A DNA stretch of 64,000 nt from an uncultured Chloroflexia bacterium (GCA_963850555.1 CAWKLT010000022.1:66543-130542), one strand, 5' to 3'; shown: positions 9,327 through 19,665, counted from the stretch's first letter. A program made the numbers and translations. Notes: generated by a model not told the origin, from the sequence alone.

Positions 9327-10403
9327 TCAGCCCGCCCGCGGGACCAGGACCACGCGACGGTTCGGTTCCTCCCCGATGGACTGCGTGGCGACCCCGGCGT
9401 GGTCGCGCAGCGTGAGGTGGATCCAGCGTCGTTCGAGCGCGGGCATCGGCTCCAGCTGGAGCATCTTGCCGGTCTCGACGACCCGTGCGGCGGCACGATC
9501 GGCCAGTTCGCGGAGCTGGCGCTCGCGACGGCCGCGGTAGTCCTCGACATCGACGAGGACCCGTGTCCACGACCCGATCTCCTTGGAGAGCATGAGGTTC
9601 ACGAGGTGCTGGAGCGCGGAGAGGCGCTCACCCTTGCGTCCGATGAGCGCGCCGAGCGCGTCGCGATCGTCACCCTGGGCAACGACGTTGAGACGGCTCG
9701 TCTCGCCGGCGGCGACCTCGACCCGGGCGTCGAAGCCAAGGTGGCCCATCAGGGTCTCGAGGATGCGCTGGCCCGCGGCGAGTGCCTCGGGAGAGGCCTC
9801 TGCGGCCTCGAGCTCGGCTCGTTCCGCGGCCACGGAGCCGCGAGCGGCCGCCACCTCGGCAGCCTCCGATGCGGAGAGGTCCGCGGCAGGGGCCGACCGG
9901 CGCGGCGGTCGATCGTCGCGGCGCGGGCCGCGGTCCGGCCGACGACGGTCCACGGTCCTGCGGGCGGGCGGTCGTGCGCTCGGGGCGGCTGCGCTCGGGG
10001 CCGCTGAGCTCGGGGCCGTGCTCGCGACGGGGTCGCCACTCGGGACGTCCTGGCGAGGCGCGCTATCCACGGGCGGGCGATCGTCGGGCCGCGGACCGCG
10101 GTTATCGCGACGGGGGCCGCGGTCATCGCGGCGAGGTCCACGGTCGCGGTCGGGGTAGTCACGGGCGGGCGGCTGCGGGAGCGGCACGGACGCCGCGGCA
10201 TCGCGCTTGGGCGCCGCTCCGCCGAGGGCCTGGCGGGGGGCGGCCACGATCCGGGCCGGCTCGGCACCCATGCCCAGGACCCCGCGACTGCCGGGGGTCA
10301 GGATCTCGAAGTCGAGGTCGTTGAGCTCGGCTCCGAACTCTTCCCGCGCAGCGCGCAGCGCGTCCTCCACGGACTTTCCGGAGAATTCCTTGTAAGCACT
10401 CAT
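9327..10403 (-). CDS. jag: Jag/KhpB RNA-binding protein (Jag_N + KH + R3H) with a long Arg/Asp/Pro-rich linker
   Basis: C-terminal 358 aa of ORF 9327..11456, starting at 'MSAYKEFSGKSVEDALRAAREEFG'. KH-like 'GALIGRKGERLSALQHL' and R3H 'LEPMPALERRWIHLTLRDH'. Lies immediately downstream of yidC, as usual. Confidence 0.9.
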   Translation of the reverse strand: MSAYKEFSGKSVEDALRAAREEFGAELNDLDFEILTPGSRGVLGMGAEPARIVAAPRQALGGAAPKRDAAASVPLPQPPARDYPDRDRGPRRDDRGPRRDNRGPRPDDRPPVDSAPRQDVPSGDPVASTAPSSAAPSAAAPSARPPARRTVDRRRPDRGPRRDDRPPRRSAPAADLSASEAAEVAAARGSVAAERAELEAAEASPEALAAGQRILETLMGHLGFDARVEVAAGETSRLNVVAQGDDRDALGALIGRKGERLSALQHLVNLMLSKEIGSWTRVLVDVEDYRGRRERQLRELADRAAARVVETGKMLQLEPMPALERRWIHLTLRDHAGVATQSIGEEPNRRVVLVPRAG

Positions 10404-10405
10404 GG

Positions 10406-11604
10406 TCAGCGTCGTCTCCCTCGTCGGCCCTGACGGCCCCGCTCGCGGGGGCGGATCGTCTTGGTGGCCGTCGTCTTCTTGTCTGCGTCGGTCAGGATGG
10501 CCGCACGCTTGGCTGGGTCTGGTGGGGGTGGCATCGCCACCGGGTAGCGCGGGGTGTGGTCGACCGCGAAGGCTGGCGTCCGCCCGAAGAAGGGGAACAT
10601 GGCGCCCCAGCCGACGATCAGATACTGCTGCACGATCGAGAAGACCGTGGCGACGATCCAGTAGATGAACAGGCCCGCCGGCAGGAACCCGCCGTAGACG
10701 ACGGAGATGAGCGGCAGGAACAGCATCGTCTGGCGCTGGATCCGGACGTTCGGGTCGTCGTTGGTCGGGTCGGCGACCGGGAGCATCATCCGGGATTGCA
10801 CGAGCTGGAGCAGCGCCGACGCGATCGCGAGGAAGCTCAGCCCGAAGCCGGCGATCCACAGGAAGGCCTGGGGCACGGCGATGTCGCCGAGGATCGGCAC
10901 GACCGAGTCGATGCACGGGCCGAGCGCGGCGTCCGGCATGCCCGTGGCCGGGTTGATGTTCTGGCATTGGATGTCGACGACCTGGACGCCGAACACCGTC
11001 AGCATCGCGCTCGGGTCGACGTTGGTCAGCCCGTTCTGGATGACCGAGTACATGATGAACAGCAGCGGCAACTGGAGCAGGAGCGGCAGGCAGCCCGCGA
11101 GCGGGTTGACGCCACGCTCCTTGAAGAGCTCCTGCTGGGCCAGCCGCGCCTTCATCTGATCGCCCTTGAATCGCTTCTGGACCTCCTTGAGCTCCGGCTG
11201 GATGAGCTGCATCCGGCGCTGGGAGACCAGCTGCTTGCGATAGAGCGGGATGAGGACCGCCCGCACGATCAGGGTGAGCACGACGATGGCCCACGCGATC
11301 GCGCCCGGCGAGGCCCAGGTTCTCGAGGAACTGGTAGACCGCGAGCAGGATGATGAGCATCACCTGGAAGAGCGGCGTGAAGACCCAGGAGATGAGGCTC
11401 AGCGGATCGGTCGGCTTGGCCGGCTCCAGGGGCGGCGCGTAGCTCGGGCTGGGCACGGCGCCCGACCCGGTCGGCGCCGATGCCCGGGAGGCAGGCCGCG
11501 ATGACCACGGCCACCAGCACGAAGAACAGGAGCGCCGGGCCGATCCGGCGCACGGTCGGGGACAGGGTCACGGGCGCGATCGCCTCGCTAGCGGACCGGG
11601 TCAT
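10406..11604 (-). CDS. yidC: membrane protein insertase YidC (two frame changes in this assembly)
   Basis: Core is in ORF 10406..11281 ('[38 protein letters not shown]', '[19 protein letters not shown]', '[21 protein letters not shown]'). The preceding segment '[47 protein letters not shown]' is in the frame of ORF 9327..11456. A signal/lipobox segment '[21 protein letters not shown]' is in ORF 11269..11604. Frame switches lie near 11305 and 11465. Confidence 0.8.
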
Positions 11605-11794
11605 ACCCGCCCGGATTCCACGGGTGACACCTGGCGATGCGCTTGGCGCCCATCCAGCTCCCCTTCAGCAGACCGTACTTCGAGATCGCCTGCTCCGCGT
11701 AGTGCGAACAGGTCGGCTCGTATCGACACGATGCCGGCAGCCAGGCGAACACGATCCGGTAGAGCTTGATGAGCCCGATCCCGATGTGCTTCAT
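11588..11794 (-). CDS. yidD: membrane protein insertion efficiency factor YidD
   Basis: ORF 11588..11794. Contains '[19 protein letters not shown]...[16 protein letters not shown]'. Confidence 0.9.
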   Translation of the reverse strand: MKHIGIGLIKLYRIVFAWLPASCRYEPTCSHYAEQAISKYGLLKGSWMGAKRIARCHPWNPGGYDPVR

Positions 11795-12123
11795 GACGTG
11801 GCTCCTCCGAACACGCCGCCCCGGACGAGTATCCGCTGCAACGCTCCGACCAGCGCGTCATGGTCGGCCTCGACGATCGCGGGCCGGGCGATGATGAGGA
11901 CGTCCCAGCCGGGCTGGAACGAGGGCGCCATCACCCTGAGCGCCTCGCGGAGTCGTCGGCGGACCCGGTTCCGGACCACCGCGTCGCCGAGTCGGCGGCC
12001 GGTCGACAGGCCGAAGCGGGTCGTCTCGAGATCGGTCCGAAGGAACCGGGCGGAGAACAACGGGTGGGACTTGGTCGTCCCGGAGCCCTGGATCGCCGCG
12101 AAGTCCTGTGGGCGGGAGAGCAT
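11791..12123 (-). CDS. rnpA: ribonuclease P protein component
   Basis: Internal ATG 12123 of ORF 11791..12384. Contains '[15 protein letters not shown]...[28 protein letters not shown]'. ATGA overlap with the yidD start. Confidence 0.85.
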   Translation of the reverse strand: MLSRPQDFAAIQGSGTTKSHPLFSARFLRTDLETTRFGLSTGRRLGDAVVRNRVRRRLREALRVMAPSFQPGWDVLIIARPAIVEADHDALVGALQRILVRGGVFGGATS

Positions 12124-12158
12124 CACGAGTCGCGGCGTGGGTGTGCCGCGCTCGGTCG

Positions 12159-12296
12159 TCAGGCCGTCAGCCGCTTCCGACCGCGAGCCCGCCGGGTGGC
12201 CAGGATGCGGCGACCCGCTGTCGTCTTCATGCGGGCGCGGAAGCCGTGTTCCTTGGCGCGATGGCGCTTCTTGGGCTGGTAGGTCTGCTTCGTCAT
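12159..12296 (-). CDS. rpmH: 50S ribosomal protein L34
   Basis: Not in the ORF track (45 aa). My translation of the minus strand gives '[45 protein letters not shown]'. Upstream of rnpA, as expected. Confidence 0.9.
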   Translation of the reverse strand: MTKQTYQPKKRHRAKEHGFRARMKTTAGRRILATRRARGRKRLTA

Positions 12297-12785
12297 CGGG
12301 TCTGTCCGAGATCCTCTCCGTCCGACCTCGGGGAACGGTCGCTCCGACTTCCCCTAGAGGCACGCAAACGCGCCGGCACCCCACGGGCGCATGGCGCGTC
12401 TTCGTCCGGCGGATGATATGGCCTGCCCCGAATGGGTGTCAAACGATGGGAGGCATCCGGGACGCGGATCGCGGGCGCCGGTCGCGCGGCCGGGCCATCG
12501 TCGCGGCGACTCGCGGGTGTCCAGCGGCCGTCCGCACGAATACTCCCTGGGGGTATGCGGGAATCGCCTTGCGACGCCGTCCGCGCCGGTGCTATCCTCT
12601 CCGAGCCCTCGGCGCCGGGACGTTCGCGGGAGACCTCACGCAGGCCTCGGACTGTGGCGAGGCAGCGAGTCATCCGGCTCCGGATGGGCGTCGAACGACG
12701 CTTCGCGGACCCTGGCTTCGCCGACCCCGACCGTGGCCGGCGCCATCTATCGACCGTCACTAAAAGCGCAGGTCCCATCGAACGA

Positions 12786-14169
12786 ATGGACGCGAAGCAA
12801 GTCTGGCGAGCCGCCCTCGGTGAGCTCCAGGTCTCCTTGTCGCCCGCCAACTACGAGACGTGGTTGCGCGATACCGAGCTCGTCGACGTGGACGAGCAGC
12901 GGTTCCGGATCGCCGTCCCGAACGGCTTCTCGAAGGACTGGCTCGAGACCCGCTATCGCTCGCTGATCAGCCAGACCCTCGCCCGGATCGTCGGCTACAG
13001 CGTCCAGGTGGAATTCATCGTCGGGCCTGCCCCGGAAGCCGCGGCGCCCGCTCCCGGCGCGACGGCCCTTGGTGCGACGGCCGGAGCGACCGGCCGGCCA
13101 GCACGTCCGGGTCGAGCCGACCAGGGTCGGCGGCGAGGGCGGCGCGACCAACCTCAACCCGCGCTACACCTTCGCCAACTTCATCGTCGGGTCGGCCAAC
13201 CGGCTGGCCCACGCCGCGAGCCTGTCGGTGGCCGAGCGCCCCGGGCATGCCTACAACCCGCTCTTCCTGTACGGCGGGGTCGGTCTGGGCAAGACCCACC
13301 TGATGCACGCGATCGGCAACCAGGTCATCGCCCGCTTCCCGCGCAAGCGCGTCGTGTACGCGACGTCCGAGAAGTTCACCAACGAGTTCATCACGAGCAT
13401 CCAGCAGGGCAAGATCGACGAATTCCGGGCGCGCTACCGCCGGATCGACCTGCTGCTCATCGACGACATCCAGTTCATCGCGGACAAGGAGCGCACCCAG
13501 GAGGAGTTCTTCCACACGTTCAACGCCATCCACGAGGACGGCAAGCAGATCGTGCTGAGCTCCGACCGGCCGCCCAAGGCCATCCTCACCCTCGAGGAGC
13601 GCCTGCGCAGCCGCTTCGAATGGGGCCTCATCGCGGACCTGACCGCGCCGGACCTGGAGACGCGGATCGCGATCCTGCGGGCCAAGGCGGAGGAGGGCGC
13701 GGTCCCGATCACGTCCGACGTCATCGAGTTCATCGCCCGCAAGGTCGTGAGCAACATCCGCGAGCTCGAGGGGGCGCTCAACCGCATCGTCGCGTTCTCG
13801 AGCATGGGCGCCACGCCGATCAGCATCGAGCTCGCCCAGGCGGTCCTGTCCAACGTCCTGTACAACCCGAAGAAGCGCCAGGTGACGCCGGAGCGGATCG
13901 CTCGTGCGGTCTCGGACTACTACAGCGTCCCGATGGACGCGCTCCAGGGCCAGAAGCGCGACAAGGCCATCGTCATGCCGCGCCAGATCGCGATGTTCCT
14001 CATGCGCGAGGAGACCGACGTCTCCCTGCTGCGGATCGGGGCGGAGCTCGGCAATCGCGATCACTCGACCGTGCTGCATGCCTGCGACAAGATCACCCGC
14101 GAGATCGCCGTGAACGACGAGCTGCGCCGCGAGATCGCCGCGGTCCGCGAGTTGATCTACGCCGACTGA
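12786..14169 (+). CDS. dnaA: chromosomal replication initiator DnaA (one frame change in the domain II linker in this assembly)
   Basis: Domain I starts at ATG 12786 in the frame of ORF 12432 ('[27 protein letters not shown]'). Domains III-IV are in ORF 13069..14169 ('[22 protein letters not shown]', Walker A '[16 protein letters not shown]', '[10 protein letters not shown]', '[12 protein letters not shown]'). The frames differ by +1 around 13080-13130. Confidence 0.9.
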
Positions 14170-14643
14170 GGCGGCGGCCGTCCGCAGGACCGTCGCCGGA
14201 ACGGGCGCCGATCCGTCCATCCGGGTCGCATCTTTGTGGGGAACATCCCCGAACCCGACCATCGGGCGTGGACAAGGACGCGGCGGGACGTGGACATGGC
14301 CCGTGCCCCGGTGGAGGATCGGCCCTTGCTTCGATCGGTCATGTGGAGTCGGCGCCGGCTGTCCACCGCCTCTCGACGGTCGTGCCCCCGGTCGGGCCCG
14401 GCTTCTCCACGAGCGACCATCGCCCGTCCACCGCCCCGTCGTGCGGCCACGAGCGTGCCCGTCCCCACGTTCCACACCATTACTACGGTGATGACGGAGT
14501 GAGAAGATAGAGAGAAGATACCCACCACCCATCCCGCGCCCGGACGTGGAACGTCCCGCATGGTCCCCGGACTCGAGCCATCCGACCGGACCGGCAGTCC
14601 ATCACCGCGGCGCCCCCAGCCATCGAAGTGGAGTGCATCCGAC
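14170..14643. promoter_or_regulatory. probable oriC (DnaA-box cluster plus AT-richer unwinding element) in the dnaA-dnaN spacer
   Basis: At least eight 9-mers share the TCCAC core of the actinobacterial DnaA box TTGTCCACA. Examples (positions approximate): TTGTCCACG (minus, 14267-14275), ATGTCCACG (minus, 14289-14297), CTGTCCACC (14359-14367), TTCTCCACG (14403-14411), CCGTCCACC (14424-14432), GTTCCACAC (14469-14477). The least GC-rich stretch I noticed, 'cattactacggtgatgacggagtgagaagatagagagaagata', is at about 14478-14520. Confidence 0.6.
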
Positions 14644-15762
14644 GTGAGACTCTCGGTCATGCAGGAGAACCTGGCGCGCGGCCTGTCCGTCGTCACTCGC
14701 GCCGTCTCCAGCCGGAGCACGCTCCCGGTCCTGGCCAACGTCCTGCTCAAGACCGAGGACGCCGGCCTGAAGCTGACCGCGACGAACCTCGAGATCGGGA
14801 TCACGTACTGGGTCCCGGGCAAGATCGACGAGGATGGCGCGACGACGGTGCCGGCCAAGCTCCTCACCGACCTCGTCAACTCCCTGCCGCCGGGCGACAA
14901 GGTGGAGCTCGAAGTGACGGCCGGCGACACGCTGCACGTGAAGGCCGGACGCTTCCAGACCCACATCAAGGGCATCGACGCGGAGGAGTTCCCGGCCATC
15001 CAGACCGCCGGCGAGCGACCGACCACGCGGATCGCCCAGAACGTCCTGCGCCGCGCCCTCGCGGAAACGGCCTTTGCCGCGGCGAGTGACGAGGCGCGCC
15101 CGATCCTGACCGGCGTGCTCGCGCGCTTCGAGGGCGACCAGCTGACCCTGGCTGCGGCCGACAACTACCGGATCGCGGTCAAGACCGTGCCGATCCTCGA
15201 CGCCGTGCCGGAGACGAGCGTGGTCATCCCGGCACGCGCCCTCAACGAGCTGTCGCGCATCCTCGCGGACGTCGACGACCCGGTCGAAGTCGTGCTGGCC
15301 GCCGGTCGCAACCAGGTCCTGTTCCACCTCGATGGCATCGATCTCGTCAGCCGGCTCATCGACGGCCAGTTCCCGAACTACCAGCAGGTCATGCCCCAGG
15401 CACATGCCACGCGTGCGGTGCTCGATCGCGAAGAGCTGCTCCGGGCCGTTCGCCCGGCGGCGCTGATCGCGCACGAGTCCGCGAACATCGTCAAGCTCCA
15501 GATCGGCGGCGACGGCGATGGCGGCATCACGGTCAGCGCGAACGCCGAGGTCGGCGACCACGTGGGCCAGGTGGAGGCCGCCGTGGAGGGGGATGGCACG
15601 ACGATCGCCTTCAATGCGCGCTACCTGGCGGACGTCCTGACCAACGTCGCTGCCGAGCAGTTCGCGCTCGAGCTCAACGGGCCGCTGTCCCCCGGCGTCT
15701 TCAAGCCCATCGGCGACGACCAGTACGTCCATGTCGTCATGCCGGTCCGGACGACCTCATAA
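14644..15762 (+). CDS. dnaN: DNA polymerase III beta sliding clamp
   Basis: GTG 14644 inside ORF 14560..15762. Contains 'VRLSVMQENLARGLSVVTRAVSSRSTLPVLANVLLKTEDAGLKLTATNLE'. Confidence 0.9.
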   Translation: MRLSVMQENLARGLSVVTRAVSSRSTLPVLANVLLKTEDAGLKLTATNLEIGITYWVPGKIDEDGATTVPAKLLTDLVNSLPPGDKVELEVTAGDTLHVKAGRFQTHIKGIDAEEFPAIQTAGERPTTRIAQNVLRRALAETAFAAASDEARPILTGVLARFEGDQLTLAAADNYRIAVKTVPILDAVPETSVVIPARALNELSRILADVDDPVEVVLAAGRNQVLFHLDGIDLVSRLIDGQFPNYQQVMPQAHATRAVLDREELLRAVRPAALIAHESANIVKLQIGGDGDGGITVSANAEVGDHVGQVEAAVEGDGTTIAFNARYLADVLTNVAAEQFALELNGPLSPGVFKPIGDDQYVHVVMPVRTTS

Positions 15763-15804
15763 GATCGCGAGCGCTAGATCCCGTTTGAGGGTAGGCGACC
15801 CGGC

Positions 15805-16983
15805 GTGCTTGATTCGATCACCGCGCTCGATCTTCGTGGGTACGCCACGCTCGAGGCCTCCTTCGGTCCCGGCGCGCATCTCGTCCACGGACCGAACGCA
15901 GCCGGAAAGACGAGCCTGCTGGAGGGCATCGCACTCCTTGGCTGGGGTCGATCGCATCGGACCAACGCCGACGGCGAGCTGATCCGCTGGGGCCGCGAGC
16001 TCGCCCGCGTCGAAGGGCGCGTCGGCGACGACGTGCTGGAGGTCGCGGTCACGCGCTCCGGTGCGGACGGCAGCGGCGGCCGCAAGCGCGTGCGGATCAA
16101 CGGCCTCGGTCGCCGTGCGAGTGGCCTGGGCCAGTACCTGCGCGTCGTCCTGTTCGCGCCCGAGGAGATGCTGCTGGTGATCGGGTCGCCGTCGCTGCGG
16201 CGCGCGGCCATCGACACGCTGGCCACGGCCCACTTCCCGGCCTATGCCGACGACCTCGCCACGTACGGCCGAACGCTCCAGCAGCGCAACAGCCTGTTGC
16301 GGGCGATCCGGGAGGAGACCGCGACCCGCGACCAGCTCCGGTTCTGGGACGACAGCTTCCTCGACACCGGCGCCCGGGTCGTCGAGGCGCGGCTCCGCCT
16401 CCTCGGGCTCATGGCGGCGCCGCTCGCGGCCGCCCATGGCGAGATCGCGCCGGAGGAAGCGGCGGCCGGCGGGATGACCCTGCGCTACGTGACCAACGCG
16501 CCGATGCTCGCGGCCGAGACGCCGCGCGACGCCCTCGCCCGGCGGCTGATCGACACCGCCGACAAGGAGGTCTGGAACGGCTCGACCGTGATCGGGCCGC
16601 ATCGCGACGACATCGCCTTCGACCTCGCCGGCCGAGATCTCGCCGGGTTCGCCTCGCGTGGGCAGCAGCGGACGGCGATCCTCGCCTTCAAGCTCGCCGA
16701 GCTGGACCTCCTGACCGAGCTCGACGGCCGCCCGCCCCTGCTGTTGCTGGACGACGTGTTCAGCGAGCTCGATCCGCTCCGCCGGGCGCACCTCGTGCGC
16801 CGGATCGCAGAGCTGCCCCAGGCGTTCGTGACGACGACGACCCTCGACGACCTCGACCCGGCACTGCGCGAGGTCGCACGGGCGTGGGAAGTCAGCGCCG
16901 GCGAGGACGGCGCGGTCCTGACGCCGCAACCATCAGCCGCCTCGGCGATCGGCGCGCGGCTCGGGGCGGAGCCGATCGGATGA
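15805..16983 (+). CDS. recF: DNA replication and repair protein RecF
   Basis: ORF 15805..16983. Walker A 'HGPNAAGKTSLLEGI', signature 'ASRGQQRTAILAFKLAE' and Walker B 'LLLLDDVFSELD'. Confidence 0.9.
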   Translation: MLDSITALDLRGYATLEASFGPGAHLVHGPNAAGKTSLLEGIALLGWGRSHRTNADGELIRWGRELARVEGRVGDDVLEVAVTRSGADGSGGRKRVRINGLGRRASGLGQYLRVVLFAPEEMLLVIGSPSLRRAAIDTLATAHFPAYADDLATYGRTLQQRNSLLRAIREETATRDQLRFWDDSFLDTGARVVEARLRLLGLMAAPLAAAHGEIAPEEAAAGGMTLRYVTNAPMLAAETPRDALARRLIDTADKEVWNGSTVIGPHRDDIAFDLAGRDLAGFASRGQQRTAILAFKLAELDLLTELDGRPPLLLLDDVFSELDPLRRAHLVRRIAELPQAFVTTTTLDDLDPALREVARAWEVSAGEDGAVLTPQPSAASAIGARLGAEPIG

Positions 16984-17312
16984 CGACGCCCCGGCGCCGA
17001 CCGATGCGTCGCCTCGGCGACCTCATCCCGGATGCCGCCCGGGCACTGGGCCTCGAGGAGGAGCTGCGGCTCGCGCGGGCCATCGCCACGTTCGAGGCGC
17101 TGGTCGCGGAGCGGGTCCCGGCCGCGGCCGGAGCGTGCCGGGTCGTCCGGTTGGAGGGATTCGCCATCGACGTCGAGGCCGACGCGCCGATCGTGGCCCA
17201 GGAGCTCCGCATGCGTGCCGCCGAGCTCATTTCCGCCTTCGCGGCGGCTCCTGGCGGCGTGGGAGTGCATGAATTGCGTGTCCACGTCCGCTCGGGGGGT
17301 CCCCGCGTATAA
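16980..17312 (+). CDS. DUF721/DciA-like protein
   Basis: ATG 16980 (ATGA overlap with the recF stop) inside ORF 16884..17312. About 110 aa: 'MRRLGDLIPDAARALGLEEELRLARAIATFEALV...VRLEGFAIDVEADAPIVAQELRMRAAELI'. Conserved position after recF. Confidence 0.65.
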   Translation: MTTPRRRPMRRLGDLIPDAARALGLEEELRLARAIATFEALVAERVPAAAGACRVVRLEGFAIDVEADAPIVAQELRMRAAELISAFAAAPGGVGVHELRVHVRSGGPRV

Positions 17313-17402
17313 TCCCCGGACCTGCCAGCCATCTCGGGGCGAAAGTCAGCCGATCCGGCCAGGATCGTCCCGTCGCCCGATCATGAAGTACGAGAGGCCC
17401 GC

Positions 17403-19665
17403 ATGGCCGCCCGACTCCAACTGAAGCTTGGTCTCGTCGCCGAGCACGACCGCCTCGACGACTCGCCCGACACCCTCCTGGTGGTCGAGCCGAGCGTCGG
17501 GTCCGTCGCGCGCTCGAAGGGCCACCTGTACCTGCTCGTCACCTCGCGGGTCAGCTCGCGCCACGCGCTCGAGGCGACGCGACTGGCCGCCGAGACGATC
17601 CGCAACGAGTACTACTACGACGAGTCGGCCGGGATCCGCGTCTGCCTCAAGAAGGCGATCGCGACCGCCAACAAGCGGCTGATCCACCAGGCCGACCGGC
17701 TGGGCCTCAAGTCGGCCGATGGCAACGGACCGATCGGCGTGGGCGTGGCCGTGGTCCGCGGCAACGAGATGTACGTGGCGACGGTCGGGCCGGCGGAGGC
17801 CTACCTGATCCGTCAGGCCCGTCTGTCGACCCTGCCCGACCCGCACCGCGAGCGCGGCCTGCCCTCGGACGGGCTGGAGCCCGACGTCTGGCGTGGCGAG
17901 ATCACGGTCGGCGACTCGCTCGTCCTCACCTCGCCGAACATCGTCGCGCGCCTCGGGGCGGACGAGCTCAAGGACGCGATGCTCACCCTCCACCCGCAAT
18001 CGGCGATGGAGCACCTTCACGCCCGGTTCCGCGCCGCCGACGGGGCCGGCTCGGATGGGGCCATCGCCTTCGAAGCCACGGAGGTCGCGCCCACGACCCG
18101 TGGCCGGACGCTGGTGCCGGTCCGCCCGGCCGAGCCACTGGCCGGCGCGCCCGACCGCTCGCCGATCCCGCTCGCCGACAACGTCCAGGCCGCCGGCGCC
18201 GCGATGTCCGCGGCGGCCGGCACCGCCAAGGTGGCGGCCGGTGGCGCCTTCGAGCGGCTCATCGCGCGCACCCACGATTTCATGCCGCAACGCAAGCCGG
18301 CCTATCGGCGGGTGACGCCGCTGGCGTCGCGACGGGAGACGCAACGCCGGGCCGCGCTCGCGGTCCTGGCCCTGGTCATGGTGGTCGGCGGCCTGGGGCT
18401 TGGCGTCTACGCCTTCGGAGGCCAGGGCCAGCAGCGCGCCATCAGCTCGGTCAATGCGGGCCAGGCGGCGCTCGACGTCGCCAAGGCGAACCTCGCGAAG
18501 GTGTCGGGCCCCGGTGGGATCGATCTCGTCGCCGACGATCCGGAGCAGGCCCTGGACCTGCTGACCGCCGCCTACACGGAGCTCGACAACGCGGAGGATG
18601 CGCGGGTGAGCGCCCGGGTCATCGACCCGATCCGCGCCGACGTCGTCGCCGGGCTGGACCGGCTCTACGGCGTCGTCGATGTCGAGTCGTCCGACGATGT
18701 TCAACTTCAAGCCCGCGGAGGGCAAGCCCGCCTTCGACATCAAGGCCCTTGTCCGGGGTCCCGACGGGGCGCCGTACGTCATCGACAACACGACGTCGAC
18801 GGTCTACCGGGTCGACCTGAAGCGAAAGCGGGCAACGGCCGTGTTTCGCAAGGGGGCCAAGGCGGGCAGCACCACATTGGCGACGCCACGCTTCCTGGCC
18901 GTCGGCGGTCGCGATCTGCTGATCCTCGATGCCAAGAACGTCCTCTGGCGCTGGCGGGCGTCGAATGACGCCGGCAAGGGCAGGCTCAACAAGGTCAACG
19001 TCAACGGCGCCACGCAGTGGGGCGATGACATCACCGCGATGGGCACCTATCTCCGGGATGTCGACCGCGGCCTCGCCAACCTGTACGTCGTCGATCCCTC
19101 GGAGGAGCAGATCCGGGTGTACTTCGCGGCCCTCGACGGCAGCGGCTACCCGGCCAAGGCAACGGGCTGGCTGGCGACGGCCCGCGACGTCAGCCAGATG
19201 AACTCCATGTACATCGACGGCGACATGTTCGTCGTCGAGGGCGGGGTGCTCGAACGCTTCGCCTCCGGCAAGAGCGACGGGTGGGAGCCGGGGGAGCTGC
19301 CCGACGCCCTGCTGCGGGAGCAGCCCGACGCATCCCTCGTGACGGGGCAGGGCGAACGGCGGGAGGGCACCGTCTTCACGTACGACCAGGAGCACGCCCG
19401 CCTGGTCGAATACGAGAAGGCCAGCGGCAACTACCTGAGGCAATACCGCCTCGCCGCGGGTGCCGAGGGCTGGGGGGACGTGCGCGGCATGTACGTGCTG
19501 CCGGGGGTCGAGGACGGGCCACCCGCGGTGTACTGGGTGTCGCCCACGTCCTTCAACAAGGCGTTCCTGGAGCAGATCGTCGACGAGGCCACGCCCTCGG
19601 GCTCGCCCGGCCCCGGCTCGAGCGCCTCGGAGGAACCGTCGACCGCCCCTTCGACCACGCCCTGA
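17403..19665 (+). CDS. membrane protein with N-terminal PP2C/SpoIIE-like domain, one TM and a large extracytoplasmic repeat domain (one frame change)
   Basis: ORF 17403..18968 is meaningful up to 'RLYGVVDVES' ('GHLYLLVTSR...VGVAVVRGNEMYVATVGPAEAYLI...GDSLVLTSPNIV', TM 'AALAVLALVMVVGGLGLGVYAF'). It continues in ORF 18679..19665 from 'TMFNFKPAEGKPAFDIKALVRGPDGAPYVIDNTTSTVYRVDL'. The frame switch is near 18690. Confidence 0.6.

Noticed and set aside
9327-11456. The 709 aa ORF taken as one large protein.
   Set aside because: Only its last 358 aa (Jag) and its first ~50 aa (a YidC segment) make sense. The middle is an out-of-frame read-through of yidC, whose real frame is ORF 10406..11281 ending in TGA just before the jag ATG.
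12297-12785. The rpmH-dnaA spacer as the replication origin.
   Set aside because: It is long enough, but I found only weak box-like words there (for example 'tgtccag') and no AT-richer block. The dnaA-dnaN spacer is the better candidate. It may still hold the dnaA promoter and autoregulatory boxes.
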